Position numbers and translations under genes: made by a program. 64,000 nucleotides of DNA from NCBI RefSeq assembly GCF_009914755.1, contig NC_060931.1, one strand, 5' to 3'. Source of the DNA: the human T2T-CHM13v2.0 reference genome, Homo sapiens. Position 1 is the stretch's first letter; each line of letters begins with the position of its first letter. This document shows, one piece after another, positions 40,040 through 64,000 of this stretch. Below the pieces are notes generated by a model that had not been told where the DNA came from, made no database searches, and saw nothing but the letters and a program-made list of their open reading frames with translations.

Positions 40040-41690
40040 TTATAGTTAATTAACATTAAGTAGTATATTCATACTGTGCAAATATCACCACCATCCATCT
40101 CTGGGATTCACTTCATCTTGCAAAACTGAAACTCTTTACCCATTAAACAACCCCCTATTTCCCTCCCTGCCAGGGGTTATGAACTCCTGGCAACAACCGT
40201 TATATCTTCTGTTATCTATGATTTTGACTACTTTAGGTTCCTCACTTAAGCGAAATCACATATTATTTGTCTTTTGTGATTGGCTTATTTCACTTACCGT
40301 AATGTCCTTCAGGTTCACTCCTGTTGTAGTATATGTCCAAAACTTCTGTGTGTATTAGGTCTATTTGGTCTACGTGTTATTCAAGTCCTCTATGTCCTTA
40401 TCGATCTCCTGTCTGGATGTCCTATTCATCATTAAAAGTGCGGTACTAAAATATCCTACTATTATTGTATTGTTGTCTATCTCTTCCTGCATTTATGATT
40501 CTCTTGACCTTGGTGAGCATTTTCGTGACGGTTTTCTGTGGGGTATGTTATTTAACTCTATTTTATTAGGATTGGTTTCTGAAAATGTATCTTATTCCTT
40601 TGTTTGGAGGATCTTTGCCTGATTCTTCATTTTCCTTGACTCTCTGTGTAGGTGTTTCCACATTAGGCAAAGCAGGCACTTCTTTCATTCTTCATGACCT
40701 GGTCTTGTAAAGAAGAAGACCTTCACCCTTCAGCCTGGCCAGAGATTTGGGAACCTCTGCCAACTGTTTTCCTTCCCAAGTGAATCTGAGAGATGGGATT
40801 TTTGTTCACTTGCTCTGTGCTGAGGAGAGGGTGAGCTATGGTGTCTACTAGCCCAAACTCCCATTTCCATTATCCCATAGGCAACTAGACTGTGCCAGAT
40901 TCATCAGAGTTTCATGACTGATAAGACAGATGCTGTTTTTGGAGCAGCCCCAGAGAAGCTGGGGTCCTGGATCAACTCTTGGATCTATGGCGACTATCTC
41001 TAGATCTAGATCTGTGGCATCTACAAGCCCAGGCTACCTTCTCCATCTTCCCCCAGGGGGTTAAACTATGTTGGATTCATCAGAGTTCCAGAACTGGTGA
41101 GATAAATCATAGTTCTTTAGGCAACTACCGAGAAGTTGGGGTGCTGGACACGAATGAATCAACTTTTTCTAGGGGGCTGAGAGAGAAGATTATTTAAAAT
41201 CTGCTTACTCTGTGCTGAGCATATGGGAGAGTCTGTGCTATCCACCAGTCCAGAATGCAATCTCTGTTCACTCTTGGATCATTAGATTGTACCAGACCCC
41301 TCAGGGCTCCCAGACTGGCAAGACAGAAGCCAGTCCTCTGGGGAGCTCCCTTGGAAAAGTTGGGGTGCTAAACATGGGAACCAACTGAGGGGAGAACAAC
41401 CTGAATGAATCTGGGAGCTAGGAAATCTCTTCCTGATTGTCTGGTACTGCACCAGGGGCAGGGAATCTGCAAGAGGGTGACTAACTCAAATCTCCATATC
41501 AGCTTCAGTGCGTCTGTTTTGCATTCTGTCAAGGTGCAGGAGCCTTTCACTCAGTTTCTGTATTTCTCACAAAGGTAACTTGTTCATGAATTGTTGCTGA
41601 ATCAGTTTATTAATTGGGGAGAGGAAGTTCAGAGTTTCCTACTCTGCCATCTTGCTAAGGTCATTCCCCATAAATTTTGTTGTTTAAATT
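40040..41690 (-). mobile_element. L1M fragments (3'UTR, ORF2 piece and 5' region)
   Basis: TGGCTTATTTCACTTA (3'UTR), endonuclease-region remnant near 40350-40480 and CTCTGCCATCTTG 5' terminus near 41650. Confidence 0.65.
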
Positions 41691-41700
41691 TTCATTTTTC

Positions 41701-42085
<385 letters not shown>

Positions 42086-42235
42086 TTATCTGATCCTTTG
42101 TTTTGTGGCATCATGTTTAATTTCTATATATCTGTTTATTTTCCAGTGTCCCTTCTTTTGTTGATTTTTAGTTTCTTTTCATTTTTACTGGAAAAGACAC
42201 TGTATGATTTTAACCTTTTTAAATTTATGAAGAAG

Positions 42236-42728
42236 TGATGAATGGTAGCTGGTCCAAAAGTGATCCTCAGCAATTCACCCTGTTCCTGTGTGTGCCTGCC
42301 ACTCTTACTGATAAACTCTGTTTACTTCCCACGTTGACACTGGGCCTGGACATTTGACTGGCTTGGGCCAATTATATGTTAGTAAGCATCGTGCAAATGG
42401 AGACTTGATAAGCACTTGCACGTTGGGATTAGTCCTCTTCAGAGTCTTATCTGGGATCTCAGTCACTATCCTGTGAAAGACCAACCTATGCCCACAGAAA
42501 CAAATACAAGACACTTGCCAGTGTGCCCACCTAAGCCCCCAGCTAATGGTCAACACCAACTTGCCAGCCATGTAAGTGAGGCCTTTTTTGAACCTTTGCA
42601 GCTATTGAAACTGACACCATGTGAAAGAACCACCCCCAACTATCTTCTGAATCCCGGGAGAGAATAAATGGTTGACTTAAGCCATTAGGTTTTAGAATTG
42701 TTTGTTTTTCAAATAGTAGATACTGAAA
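42236..42728 (+). mobile_element. Old MaLR LTR (MLT1F-H-like)
   Basis: GCCAGCCATGTAAGTGAGGCC..AATAAATGGTTG..TTAAGCCATTAGGTTTT. Confidence 0.65.
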
Positions 42729-43070
42729 CGGAGTGGAGGAAAGGATAACCTCAAACTTAGTCTTAAATTTGATGACTCTGCGGTGTAATTCATCGTCCAG
42801 AGTCCTTTCTTCTAATCTGGCTTAATATTAGAATTCAAGTTTTATTGTTTTCCTAATTTCCTACTTTTTCAAAGCAGTTGTTTGAATGGCTCCAAATAGG
42901 ATAGATACCACAAAATGCCATCCTGTTGCTTGTGGCACAATAGACTTCTAGAGAGTTTCCTTGGTCCAGCTTGTCACAGACAGAATCATCCTCATGGTTC
43001 TTAAAACTGAAATGACCATGGGATTCAGCATTCCTTTCCTCCCTTTGCTTTGGCCTCTCACCTCTGTGTC

Positions 43071-43790
<720 letters not shown>

Positions 43791-44589
43791 GCATACACTT
43801 GTTCTCTATTCCTCCTTTGAAAATCCCCATTTCAGATTCTGTCCTGAGTTTCTCAGTCAAATATTGACTGAATTATCATCAATCATCATCATTATCATCA
43901 TCATGAAAATAGTATTACTACATTAGTACTAAAAATACTAATGATATTACAACCACTAATTGTTAACTAATAAAAATGTTGAGCACTTAAACTACATGCC
44001 ATAGTTTGCTTATTTCTTTGTGTTTATTAATTATAGTTTTTATAACTCTGACAATAGTCATTAAAGGTTAGGAAAATGAAGCTCAGATGGGTCGAATAAC
44101 TCATGAAGGTCACTCTGGAACCCCAGCAATAAGTATATACCTTACTTATATATATATAAAATGTATATACTTGTAAGTATATATTATATGTAATATATAA
44201 TGTATATACTTGTAAGTATATAAGATCATATATTTTATATATATATATATATAATATATATAATATTAGATAGGTGGCATCTGTGATAGAGCTGCACCAG
44301 GGTGGCATCCACAGATGACCATGGAGCTCCTATCCTTCCCTAAGCACCTCTCACAATGCATCTCTCTCATGCTTCAACATCTCTATGCTGTCCATCCTGA
44401 TCTCAAATTTTAACTTTTAATTTTACATTTTGCCAAGTTGGATTAATTCGTGGAACAAAGCTATGAAGTAGGGGACCAAATCTGAAGCCCCCATGGGATA
44501 GGAGAATCGATCTCTATGGAAACTACCAGAGGCACCCCAATTATCTTCACCTATGCTAGTCACCTGCCCAAACCAAAGTAATCTATCTC

Positions 44590-45110
44590 TCTTATTAAAA
44601 CCCTTCAACGGCAATCCATCTGCAGGTTGAGTCCGAGGTTTTCATGCCCTGACCTTGGACTATTTCTTTTGCTTATCTTCTACCATTTCCTATCTACCAT
44701 TTTACAATCTGCTATACCTAACATTTTTTAAGAGACTATACCTAACATTAAGAGGCTCTCACAGAGCAGGACTACCATTGCACATACTGTTTCCATTCCT
44801 GGAACAACTACCCTTCCTCTACTTCTCCTTTTTCATCCAAGTTCTACTTTAATTGTCAAGATTATAACAAGTGTTATCTTTGGGGAGATGTCCCTAAGCC
44901 CTGACAACCTGGTTAGACTAGGTATTCTTAGGTATCCTTCCTATGCACCCCCACAGCACTCTGAGCTCAGCTATTGCTGTATTGCCACACCATATTGAGA
45001 TTATCTACTTATATGTTTGTACTTTCCATTTGCTTATGGACACCTCAAAACCAGGGGCCCTGTTTTTCATCTTTATATAAAAGCTTCCAATTACAGTGTA
45101 CTAAATATTT
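44590..45110 (+). mobile_element. L2 3' fragment
   Basis: AAAACCCTTCAACGGC..CTGTTTCCATTCCTGGAAC..TAAATATTTTTGAA resembles the L2 3' end. Confidence 0.5.
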
Positions 45111-45442
45111 TTGAAGGCTGCTTTTTATAATTTGCTAGTTTTTTAGGACTTCTAATCTATCATTATATGAATTAACTGCATAATAACCAGACCCCTCTTG
45201 TGTCACCACCATCCCCAACATGTCTGTGTGCACATACATAGATGTATAGTACCAAATAGGTATCTTCTAATAATAAGTAAGAAATAACAAGTGATTCTGC
45301 ACTATTATAATTCGGCTCACATAGAAATTCCAGAGCTATTCTGTTCTCACAGCTAAAAGATCCAGAAAAGTTATTAAATAATCCATTAAAAAATGAATTA
45401 CGATCACACAGTCTAGCTTCTAATAGTAAATATTTCTGTTGA

Positions 45443-45628
<186 letters not shown>

Positions 45629-48010
45629 TAATTAGTTTATTTCATTGTATTATATATATATATAATTAGTTTATTTTATTGTTTAGTTATTTGATATTGT
45701 ATGCCTTAGATGAACAGCTACTATGTATATAGTTCTTCTTATGTTCCAGGTACTGTGCAGACCCTTGCAATCAATGTCTATTATGCATTACCTTGCACCA
45801 TTCCCACAATACCATGGGGGAGGAGTGAGTAGTAGATGCAGCTGGTGCCCATCACAGACTTCCTTCACTGGCAAGTGTGTCTATTCCCAGTAGCAATGAG
45901 TGATGACCACTGAAAGGCTAACAGCCACCAGACTGGAGGACTGCACCTTCTCATGCTGTCTCTTTCAGATTTTGGCCAGTGACTGACTGACTTCTTAGAG
46001 CAACGGATTAATGCTACTCTCCAGCTGCATTCTCACTAGCTTCTTTTCCTTCTCCTATTCTTCTGTCTTCCCTCCCCTTGGCCTGAGAGCATTCCCACAA
46101 TATATCACTGGAACAACAATCCTCTCTGAATCCCTGCTCCTTAACAAGTAGTGTTGTTATTGTCATATTATTTGAGAAAACAGAAGCCCAATGTTGTTAA
46201 GTAACTGACTTTTGATAAGACAGATAATAAATATAAAACCAAAATTTAAACCTAAATATTTTTCAGAATTTGAGGATTATGTTCTTAATCATCTTCCTGT
46301 GTAGATTTTATAGTCTCTAAATCCTTGACATTTAAATTGAGATACTTAAAGAATCCTAAGACATACACAGATATAAAAACATTTTTAAAAAACAGCTTTA
46401 TTGAGATATATGTCATGCACGATAAAATTCAACCCCTTAAAGAGTGCAATTCAATGTTCTTCGAATATTCACAGAGTTGTGCAACCATCACCACAATCTA
46501 ATTTTAGATTTTTATTACCTCAAGAAAACCCATATTCATTAGCAGTAAAGGTATGAATACATTGTAAAGAATCAATTTTCATTTCTGTAACTACTATATG
46601 TATTTCTTCTAAAGTCGATCTGCCTGAGAATTTACCTGTATAGTGCCATGTTGATTTCTTTTTTTCTCACCTTTTCCTTCACAATAACTCTTTCTAGTTT
46701 ACTACAAAGGGAAATGGGGCATACCTCTCACATATTAACAGCTGTACTATGGTACCTGGCCATGAAACAAAGGGCATGAAACAGAAAGGTCATTTAAAGT
46801 ATATGTCCTCAATGCCTCCTTTACTCAAGATGTCACACACATGGTAGGACTTTATGTTTTTCTGTGTCCTGTGCATTTTTCTTTTATAAGAAAATTATGG
46901 TATTAGAAATAGTGGCAATTTTGCCTGTTCTAGGCTATTCTGAATTTAGACAAAATGCATAATGTGATTGCAAGGGTAATGAAAATTTTTATTTATTAAT
47001 TTTATTTATTCTATCTTGAAATCCTTAACAAGAGATCCATTGGTCCTGCAGGTAAATCCTGTGAGAGCAAATCAAAGTGAACCTTATAAGAAACTGAAGA
47101 CCTTGTTGCCTTTTTAAAAAACCTATGCTACAAATTTATGGCAAGATTCCATGCTTTAACTATTTTAAAACTAGAATTCTGAAGTAGGAACTTGTCATGG
47201 AAAGGCTTATTAGCATATTTATTTAAATCTAAAATAAGTTTAGACTTTTTATAGCAGTGAATAAATCTAGATATTATTTCCAGTAGTGGAAGCTAAGTAA
47301 TATGGACCAATATTTCCAATGGCAAAACAACTGGATTAATGTTCCTTTTTTCTAATAAGGTAGAGAGAAATTACTGGGCCAACAAGAGGATAGACTCTCT
47401 AAAATTTAAGCCTAGCACTTAGGGCCACTGTGACACTGAAAGAATTTGCAATTTTTGAAGAGGCAACCAAAAGTTTGATTTGAACTTTTGGTGGTCTCAT
47501 AGAAGTAAAAGATCAGAAGTTGGAGTTGATCCATACAAGCCACCTATGACTGTGGGCTGAATACCTGGAGGCCTGAACCCTCCAAGTAAGGATAGGTCAA
47601 TAGTAAAAAGCACTTGAACAGACTGCAGCCTAGCTTAATCCAAGTAAATAAGAAAACTTCAAGTCCTGAACTAGGATGAAGGTGATCCTAGACTGCTCTC
47701 ATTTCCAGAAATCAGGCAGAAGTAAATAACATTTTTCTTTGAAGGAAGATATTATCTTATTAAACCTCAAAGTATTTTCATTAAAAACTTTTAAAGTGTA
47801 ATGTTCATCACATAATTAACATATCCAAATACATAAGGAGAAAGTACACTATGAGTGAGAATCAGCAGAAATGAAAGAAAACAGAAACAGATACACACTG
47901 AGTCCATATGTTGCAAATATGCGTAAAATGTTGAAGGAGAAAAAAATGAGCTCACAATTTTTGTAAAAAAATTATAAATTATCAAATGGAAATTAGAAGA
48001 CTGGGGAAGG

Positions 48011-48603
<593 letters not shown>

Positions 48604-48884
48604 ATTGGGGGTAAAAGCAATTCCAGAACTGAAAAATACAATAAACAAAGAACTTTATAGATGGGTTCAGTAATAGATTAGATACAGTTAGAGAGGTAAT
48701 TGGAGAATTGGAGAACTGGTAGATAAATCAGAAGAAACTATGGTGAAGCACAAATATACAAAAATATGAAAAATACAGAAGTGAAAGTCACAAAACTAGG
48801 AAATATAGGCAGGAAAAATAACACATGCTTATTTGGAATCCCAAAAGTGTAAGAGAGAAGAAATAGAACACAAGCTAAGATACA

Positions 48885-51310
<2,426 letters not shown>

Positions 51311-51549
51311 ATGAAAATAGTTAATAAATTTTTTAAATGTAAAATTTCTTCATTTAATATTATTTGAAAGCAACAAAATACAGAAGAATTTAAAAAGTAA
51401 AGACCTAATCAACCAGAGAAAAACTGCATAAAACCAAAATCAATGATAATATCTTAAAAGCGGCCAGAGGTGGGGGAAAAAAACACAGATTACCTTCAAA
51501 GGCTTGACAGATCTTTTCTACATAGCAATGATAGATTACAACAGGAGTT

Positions 51550-52312
51550 CTTATATATATTTATTTATTACATATTTAACATATAATATATTCATATTTA
51601 ATATGTTGTATATAGTTTATATATTATATATTGTATATGTGATATATATTTTTATATATTATATTATGTGCTATACATTATATTTATATATTTGATACAT
51701 TATATTTATATATTTGATATATATTATATGCTTATATTTATATATAATATTTACTACATTTACATTTGACATAGTATATACTAATATTTATGTATAATAT
51801 ATACTACATATTATATAAATATATTATATAATGTGTGTACATCATATATATCATATAATACATTATATATACATATTATTATATAATATATTGCATATAT
51901 TATATTAAATATATATAAATATGTTATGTTATATGATATAGATTATAATGTATAATTATAACTAATATGATATCTAACATATATAATATAATATATAATC
52001 ATATTATATATTATATATTATAATATATAATTAGATATTATACTATATTACTATATATTATTACATAATATATGATTATATATAAAAAGCATAAGCTAAT
52101 ATATAATATGTAAAATATAAATATATATTTATAATATGTAAACCATCAGCTAATATATATAATAAATATATATGTAATATCTTTATTATATATAAAATGT
52201 ATATTATATATTTATTATATATGATGTTATATTATCATATATATGATAAAATGTTCTATTATATTATATGTGTATATGTTATATATATATATTATATTAT
52301 GTTATATATGTA
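51550..52312. repeat. AT-rich (TA)n low-complexity tract
   Basis: About 760 bp of degenerate TA repeats. Confidence 0.95.
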
Positions 52313-52313
52313 T

Positions 52314-52934
52314 TGAAATGGTGTCATTGTCTGGGGTAATACCCGAGATTTGTTGTCCCTTGGCCATGGAAAACTAAGACACATCAGACTGTGGATAAGA
52401 GTGGTTGTTTAACAGGCAAAAGAAAGAAAAGAGCTCTCTGCACAGAGAGGCTTCCTGGAGAAAATGGGTTCCTGCTTCTGCAGTGAAATGCAGGTTTTGT
52501 AGATGAGACTGAGGAGGTGGTGTCTAATTTACATAGGGCACACAAGATTGACTGAACCAGATGTTCCATTTGCATAGCACATGAGAATCTGGCCAATGCC
52601 ACCCTAATCTTATTATGTAGATGGGTTCTCTACCTGGCTGGCACCATGTTGCTTACTTTTTACTGTACACGTGGTGACAAAGAAAAGGGAAGATGGAGCC
52701 TCCATGTTGAATATACCTGGCTTCCTGGTAGCCCTTCCCTATTGGCACAGCTGTCAGCATTCACACATGCAAACTTCGAGCATACTTATCTATGTTTACA
52801 GCTAGATTTTTCAGGCTGATCTTTGTTAGAAAAGAAATGATTTGGGTGCTGCTTTTTGTTAAAAGGGAAACCCTGTCAAGGATTCTGTTGCACTTACTAT
52901 CTACTTAAATAATTTGTTTCTAGCTCCTGTATCA
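52314..52934 (-). mobile_element. ERV1 solo LTR (MER50-like)
   Basis: Minus strand starts TGATACAGGAGCTAGAAACAAATTATTT and ends CCATTTCA. Confidence 0.8.
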
Positions 52935-53502
52935 ACATGACAGTGTATTTTGCTACACTGACAGAGAGACCACCATTAAATTAAAAATATTGCAAACCAC
53001 ACAAAATCCACAAAATGAATAGAAGAAAATAAAATAAATCTATTCAAAATTCAACCAACCGTAATAAAACAAAATACAATAATCAAAACAATCTAGTGAA
53101 GACAATTACTCCCACGTCAACTATTTAGCAGTAAATGAAACATTGTACTACACCACTACAAATTGAATTACATATTTTCAAATAAGCCTTTGAGATTATA
53201 AAGGTCTGCCTTCATACAGAAATCCAAAAATTAAATACAAATCAGTGACAAAAAATAATACAAAATTATCTTGGAATAATAATTAAATGGTGCAAAGGAA
53301 AAACAGAGAAAACCAAAATTTAACAAAGGACGTTGAATAAAAAATGAAAAAATATTCAAGAGAATGAACATGAGATAAAGAATATTTAAAAGTGTTAAAG
53401 AGAAGATGGTTGAAGTGGAAGATAAACAAAGAAGAAACAATATACATATAATTGGAGGTCCTGAAGAGCAAAAACCAAGCAGTGGAACAGAATGTGTTAA
53501 AC

Positions 53503-53640
53503 CATGGTTTCTGGACCTTGGCATGGTCAGAATTTTGGGCTTCATAAATCTTTGCTGAAGGAGACTATCCTGTGCAATGTAGGATGATTAGCAGCACCCC
53601 TGACCTCACCCACTAGATGCCAGTAGCACCCTTCCCAGGT
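53503..53640 (+). mobile_element. MER20-like hAT DNA transposon fragment
   Basis: TCCTGTGCAATGTAGGATGATTAGCAGCACCCCTGACCTCACCCACTAGATGCCAGTAGCACCC. Confidence 0.75.
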
Positions 53641-55921
53641 GAAAAGCTACAAAATGAACAGCAAAGTAAATCAAAAGAAAGCACGAAAAGAAAAATAAAA
53701 AATGATAAGCAAAGTAATGAATAAATTAGAGAAGATGAAGTAACGGGCACTCAAGCTACTTTTCTGCTTTAGCCAAATAGAAAACTGGACAAATTATAAA
53801 AAATAATCATTTCCAGACACTGGCCAAAGGCACTGAAGGACTGGGATCTCTAAAGAAGGGAAACTAACGATGTGAGCCCTGCAATTACACCAGCTTGCTT
53901 CCTGGGGGCAGTTTTTAAGCCACAGCCCAGGAAAGTGAAACCCAAACATAGCTTTACATTCTTGTTGGATTGAGGAGAGAGATTAGAGTTCTGGGAAGCC
54001 AAGGAATGTAGAATTTGCAGGGTAAGATAGCAGAGAAGAGGGAGTTATCCAGATGTGGAGGAGCAGTGGGGCTTTGGAGATATGCAGAAGAGATCGCTCA
54101 GGTCTTTGGGTACTGATCTAGTATACATAAGAGGAACTACTAAAGCTAAGGAAAAACCTACTGTAAAGAAGTGGGCATAAGCTTTCCCTGAAACTCAAAC
54201 AGGACAGGGAACGTTTTATGTCCCCACAAACTAGAATAAAAAACTTTATAATACATAGGTACATCAGGTCAGATCTTCAAAGGGATATTACCTTTGTAGT
54301 CAGGCTTAACTAGTCCAACTTTAAAGATTTCTCTGGACTTTCTCAAATTTTAAAAGCATCCGACTGATTCCAATTACTTTATTTGCTGGAAAAAAAATCC
54401 AAAACTTAAGAATAAAACAACTTCCAGCAACCAACCAACAACTTAAAGTCCAAAATAAGTTCTCAGTTTAAAAAATAAAATGAAACTACTTTTCATGCAA
54501 AGAAGCAGAAAAATATCACCCATAGGGGAAAAATCTGTCAATAATAACAGATCTATGAGTGACAGACATAGAAGACCAAGCAGCTATTGTATTCAAACAG
54601 CTATTACAAATCTGTTTCATATGTTCAGATCATAGAGACAGCCACAACCATGATGAGAACAAGGGATGATATGAAGATACAAACGGACTTCTAGACATGA
54701 AAAATACATCTGAAGTAAAAGATAAGTTGGTAGTTTTAAGAACAGAGCAGATCTTGCATGATGAAAGATCAGTGAAAATAAAGACATAGCAACATAAACT
54801 ATTCAAAATGAAAAGAGAGAAAATAAAGCTTCAAAATAAAGCATCAGTTACTGCGGAACGGTATCTAGTAAGAAGTCTAACATACATGCATTGGGGTCTC
54901 AGAATAAAAGTGAGCTGAGAAAAAAGATTGGTGACACAATGACAAAAATTGTTCCTAACTGATCAAAATTATAAATCTGAAGACACAAGATGTTCAACAA
55001 ATTTCAATCTGTATAAATTTTTTTTAAAATTATGCCCAAAACACATCAATGACATTGCTGAAAAACAGTGATAAAGATAAAATCTTAAAAACAGCTAGAG
55101 AAAAGATATTTACAAAGAAACACATGTAAGAATGACTTCTGGCTTTTTGTCAGTTTGTGCAAGCCAGAAGAAAATAAATGCACATATTTTAAGTAACAAA
55201 AACAAATAACAATAAACTAAGAAGATATTAACTAACAATAAAAATATTTAAAATTAGAGGCAAAATAGAAACATTTTTTGTAAAAACAAAGCTGAAAGAA
55301 TGCACTGCCAGTAGACCTGAAGGAATTTCTTTAGACAGAAGAAAATAATGTATATGAAAATTCAAGTTCACACAATGAAATAAATTGAGGTGAACAGAAA
55401 TGGTAAACATATGGGTAAATATAAAATACTATTTTTCATCTTGGAGTTCTTTACAGTATCACTGTTTAAAGCAACAATAATAGTAATGTGTTTCAGGTTT
55501 ATAGCATATAAAAAAGTAAATTGTGTGACAGTAGTATAAGGGACAGCAAAGAAAATGAGCATATGCTGTTTAAATTTTTTTACACTATTTTTGAAATGAT
55601 ATATTATTATCCTGTAAACCCTGGAGTTAAAGATGTATATTGTAAAATATGTATACTATAAATCCTAGAGAGACAGCAACAACAGAAAAGAAAAAAATTT
55701 TTAAAGCATATGTAGTAAGTTAATAGGAGATAAAATGAAATTTTAAAATTAAAAAAATTCTTAACTAACTCAAAAGAAAGTAACACAAAAGAAAAATAGA
55801 GAAGATAAAACAAATAGAAAACAAAAACAGATTTAAACCAAATTATGTCCACTGTTAAATAGAATTTAATATAATGAACTTAAAAGTCACAAATTGTTAG
55901 TTGGATAAAAAATTAAGACCC

Positions 55922-56221
55922 AGCCGGGTGAGGTGGCTCACGCCTGTAATTCCAGCACTTTGGGACGCTGAGGAGAGTGGACCACCTGAGGTCAGGAGTT
56001 CAAGACCAACCTGACTAACATGGTAAAACCCTGTCTCTATTAAAAATACAAAAATTAGCCGGATGTAGTGGCGGGCGCCTGTAATCCCAGCTACTTGGGA
56101 GGCTGAGGCAGTAGAAACACTTGAACCTGGGAGGCAGAGGTTGCAGTGAGCCGAGATCACACCATTGTGCTACAGCCTGGGCAACAGAGTGAGATTCTGT
56201 CTCCAAAAAAAAAAAAAAAAA
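55922..56221 (+). mobile_element. AluS
   Basis: Full dimer with poly-A tail. Confidence 0.92.
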
Positions 56222-57218
56222 TTAGTACCCTACTTATACGCTGACCACAAGAAAACCATGTGAAATATAAATAGAAGTTTAAGGTAAGATGTGAAAATAT
56301 ATATCATTCAAAAACTAGTCAAATTAATGCAGAATTAGCTGTAATAACATCAGACAAAGTGAATTTCAGAACAAGAAATTTTACTAAGGACTCAGATATT
56401 TTACAATAGGAAAGGGATCAATCCATAAAATGTACATAAAATGTATTTAAAATGTATATCACCTAATAACAGAACTCAAAATACATGAAGCACAAACTTA
56501 TAGGACTGAAAGGCAGATTTACCGTTAGTAGATATCTCAAAACTCTGTCCTCAGTAGTTTATAGGAAAGGTAGACAGAAAAAAAGGGGGATATGGAACAT
56601 ATGAAAACTATTATGAACTAACTTGACCTAATTGATATAAATACCAATGGCACACAGAACATTCACTGAGATAAATTATATTCTGGAATATCAAACACAT
56701 CAAATGAAATCAAAAAATTGAAATTATAGAAAGATGTTCTCTGATTGCAACAAAATTAAACTAGAACTCAATAATAAAAGATGCCTGGTAAAAAATAAAA
56801 ACATAGGTGCACATTTAGAATATAGTGATATACAAATGGTTAATACATCATTATAAAGTTAGGTTTATTCAGGTATGTAAGTTTTGCTTAACTTTAGAAA
56901 ATTGATAAATGTGATTCATTGTGTTAACTGATTAAAATACAAGTCATCTACTCATCTCAAGATATGAAAAAAAATTGACAAAAAGGATTGACATTATCCT
57001 TAAATTAATAATGGATGTCTGTGAAAAGATAAATCAAACTTAATATTAAATAGTGAAATGTTGAAAGCATCCCCTGTGTAAGCAATCTCAAGCAAGTATG
57101 TCCTCTTTCACGTTCTCTTTTCTCCTCCTCCTTTCACCTAAGCACTGAAGTTCTTAGCCAGCCCAGTTAAGCAAACATAAAAATGGTATACAAATTGGAG
57201 GTGACTAAACAACCCTAA

Positions 57219-57565
<347 letters not shown>

Positions 57566-57989
57566 TGATAAAAAGAAACTGAATAAGGTTTTTAGAAATG
57601 AACATTATTGGAAATGCATTTATTGTATTCTAAATATCAGCAAGAAACAGAAAGTTTTAAAACATTTAACCATTGTATCAAAAACTATTCACTGTTGAGT
57701 AATAAATTTATGAAACTGTATTCAAGAATCCTATGGCAAAACTAGTAAATGTATTGAGAGAAAATCTAAAACCTAAATAGACAGGGCAATATGCTATTAT
57801 CTGGAATGGAAACTTAAAATGTTTAAAAAGTTTAGAGCTTCCTAAGTTGATTTATAGTTTCAGTGCCATCTAAATCAATATTCTAACTATATTTTTGTGG
57901 GATTTTGAAAAGTTCTTTAAAAAAATGGATACATAAAAACAAAGAATCAGAAATAACTAAGACTATTCTTAAGTAGAGGGGAAAAATTC

Positions 57990-63169
<5,180 letters not shown>

Positions 63170-63414
63170 TGAACATGGATATATTTGGAGGTTAAATATG
63201 AATATATTAAAATGATTTAAAAAATTCAAGTAAAGGAAATGAGGGAAATTTATTGCCAACAAGTGTACACTAAAAGAAATCCTGCCTAATAAAATATTAC
63301 TTTTTTCCTTTTAAGGTTCATATGATTGTTTTAAATAAAAGTATAACATTGTCCTCTGAATGTATGTATGACAACTGTAGAGTAAGAGATGAAAGCATGT
63401 GATAAACTAATATA

Positions 63415-64000
<586 letters not shown>

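Noticed and set aside
40880-41370. Three degenerate repeats of about 190 bp (TAGACTGT..CATCAGAG..AGAAG(C/T)TGGGGT)
   Set aside because: Consistent with tandem units of an old L1M 5'UTR. There are no conserved repeats with unique spacers, so it is not CRISPR-like.
53610-53624. CTCF-like CCACTAGATGCCAG
   Set aside because: A standard part of MER20, with a mismatch in the core.

Overview
This is primate (very likely human, 7p12) genomic DNA. It holds the 5' ends of two head-to-head sperm genes: ZPBP on the minus strand (coding exons 1-3, acrosomal zona pellucida binding protein) and SPMIP7/SPATA48/C7orf72 on the plus strand (first two coding exons). A CpG island promoter lies at about 34.1-34.6 kb, and RFX X-box motifs sit at both gene starts. 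Most of the remaining sequence is transposable-element derived. ZPBP intron 3 contains a four-level nest: an L1P, an almost full-length L1MA inside it, a HERV15/LTR15-like provirus inside that, and a MER11 solo LTR in the provirus env. The window also has a twin-primed L1PB, several Alus, MaLR and ERV1 LTRs, a second decayed ERV1 and a young L1PA. The most unexpected observation is an old, intronless, decayed retrocopy of the short ('humbug'-type) ASPH transcript at about 48.9-51.3 kb in SPMIP7 intron 2, which the ORF track does not show. There are also several templated-insertion scars of the kind left by DNA break repair. Gene and repeat identities come from recalled sequences, not database searches, and I cannot tell whether any finding is already annotated.
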